Shown here one piece after another: positions 15,314-15,658 of a stretch of 15,658 nucleotides of DNA. Origin of the DNA: a virus (lineage: Duplodnaviria > Heunggongvirae > Uroviricota > Caudoviricetes). Every line of letters begins with the position of its first letter. Positions within the stretch are counted from its first letter, which is position 1. Made by a program: the position numbers and the translations under genes. The notes beneath the pieces are model-generated. The model was given only the letters and a program-made list of their open reading frames with translations. It ran no database searches and was not told the DNA's origin. The DNA is taken from IMG/VR virus record IMGVR_UViG_2721755662_000003; one strand, given 5' to 3'.

Positions 15314-15382
15314 ATATCGACATTAACGCCCCTCATGAATTGGTGTGCTTCCCCCTGGAAAGATGATCCGCCTGTATATTTC

Positions 15383-15447
15383 TTGTGTCTATTTGTTCCA
15401 CGTTGTTTCATACAGTGCACCGAACGGTGTAGTCACTGGTGTAGTCA
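15383..15447 (+). repeat. att-proximal direct repeats: TTGTGT/TTGTTC/TTGTTT (15383, 15394, 15403) and GGTGTAGTCA x2 (15426-15435, 15438-15447)
   Basis: Read directly; lies roughly 70-140 bp inside the inferred right junction, where arm-type and Xis-type sites usually sit. Confidence 0.45.
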
Positions 15448-15493
15448 TTTTGCGATTTTTGGCACTTTTTGCGGTGTTAATTATTTAATTAAA

Positions 15494-15658
15494 TCAATGT
15501 GTTATGCGAAATAAGTTATATATAACAGCAATAAATAATGCGAGAATAAACGGCACGATGATCTCGGCGGCAAAACGGATACCGCAGAGAATAATGACCA
15601 GCATTCCCAACATAATGACGATTTTTAGGCCATTGAGCGTGATGATCGGCTTTGCCAT
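15494..15658 (-). pseudogene. tqsA: Truncated 5' fragment of a tqsA (ydgG)-like AI-2 exporter gene: 46 host-like codons then 8 island-derived codons and stop
   Basis: Minus-strand translation [46 protein letters not shown] then YNLFRITH-stop; the first 46 residues match my recollection of the E. coli TqsA N-terminus. Confidence 0.55.

Larger units (their letters stand above)
1..15520. mobile_element. Integrated satellite-type island (P4/PICI-like) with its own HK97-type head and packaging genes but no tail or lysis genes; right junction inferred near 15510-15525, left junction lies upstream of the window
   Basis: Gene content and order: integrase, AlpA, primase-helicase, iteron ori, SSB, capsid, protease, portal, adaptor, connector, HNH, TerS, TerL; host tqsA-like 5' fragment at right edge diverges from host sequence near 15515-15523. 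Confidence 0.7.

Noticed and set aside
15013-15514. Short ORFs of 60-76 aa in the right arm (15013-15195, 15044-15274, 15302-15514, 14914-15174 minus)
   Set aside because: Mutually overlapping, no SD sequences, and coincide with palindromic elements; more likely non-coding.
14800-15658. tRNA or tmRNA gene as integration target at the right end
   Set aside because: I could not recognise a cloverleaf-compatible acceptor/T-arm pattern by eye; the right flank looks like a protein-coding gene fragment (tqsA-like) instead. A tRNA scan would be needed to exclude it fully.
1-15658. Defence systems of known type (restriction-modification, CRISPR-Cas, retron, toxin-antitoxin with recognisable toxin, abortive infection NTPases)
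   Set aside because: No ORF shows the motifs I would expect (no methyltransferase motifs, no reverse transcriptase YxDD, no Cas-like proteins); the only NTPase motifs belong to the primase-helicase and TerL.

Overview
The window reads as one integrated satellite-type mobile element of an enterobacterial chromosome, with nearly all genes on the + strand. From left to right: a P4-family tyrosine integrase and an AlpA/Vis-type regulator; a divergent switch region (small RHH-like protein on the minus strand, three GTGTTYAACAC operators over a sigma70-like promoter); an early operon of small, translationally coupled genes of unknown function running into a P4-family primase / SF3 helicase; an iteron-rich origin just after that gene; a small operon with an SSB (C-terminal DDIPF tail) and a probable PerC-like regulator; then a complete HK97-type head and cos-type packaging module (major capsid, prohead protease, portal, head-tail adaptor, connector, HNH endonuclease, TerS, TerL). 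I found no tail, baseplate, tail-fibre or lysis genes. The right ~700 bp is non-coding and dense in palindromes and direct repeats, and ends in a truncated 5' fragment of a tqsA-like host gene, which suggests the island sits inside tqsA. The best overall interpretation is a capsid-forming phage-inducible chromosomal island (cf-PICI-like satellite). The features I consider most worth follow-up are (i) 10-bp-phased TTGTT arrays at three places (int-alpA spacer, upstream of the capsid operon, near the right att end), which I interpret as candidate AlpA/Vis binding arrays; (ii) a structured leader with a terminator-like element between two paralogous small genes, possibly an attenuation or RNA-based immunity checkpoint; and (iii) the six uncharacterised early-operon genes. 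All family assignments are from motif recognition by eye; no database search was run.
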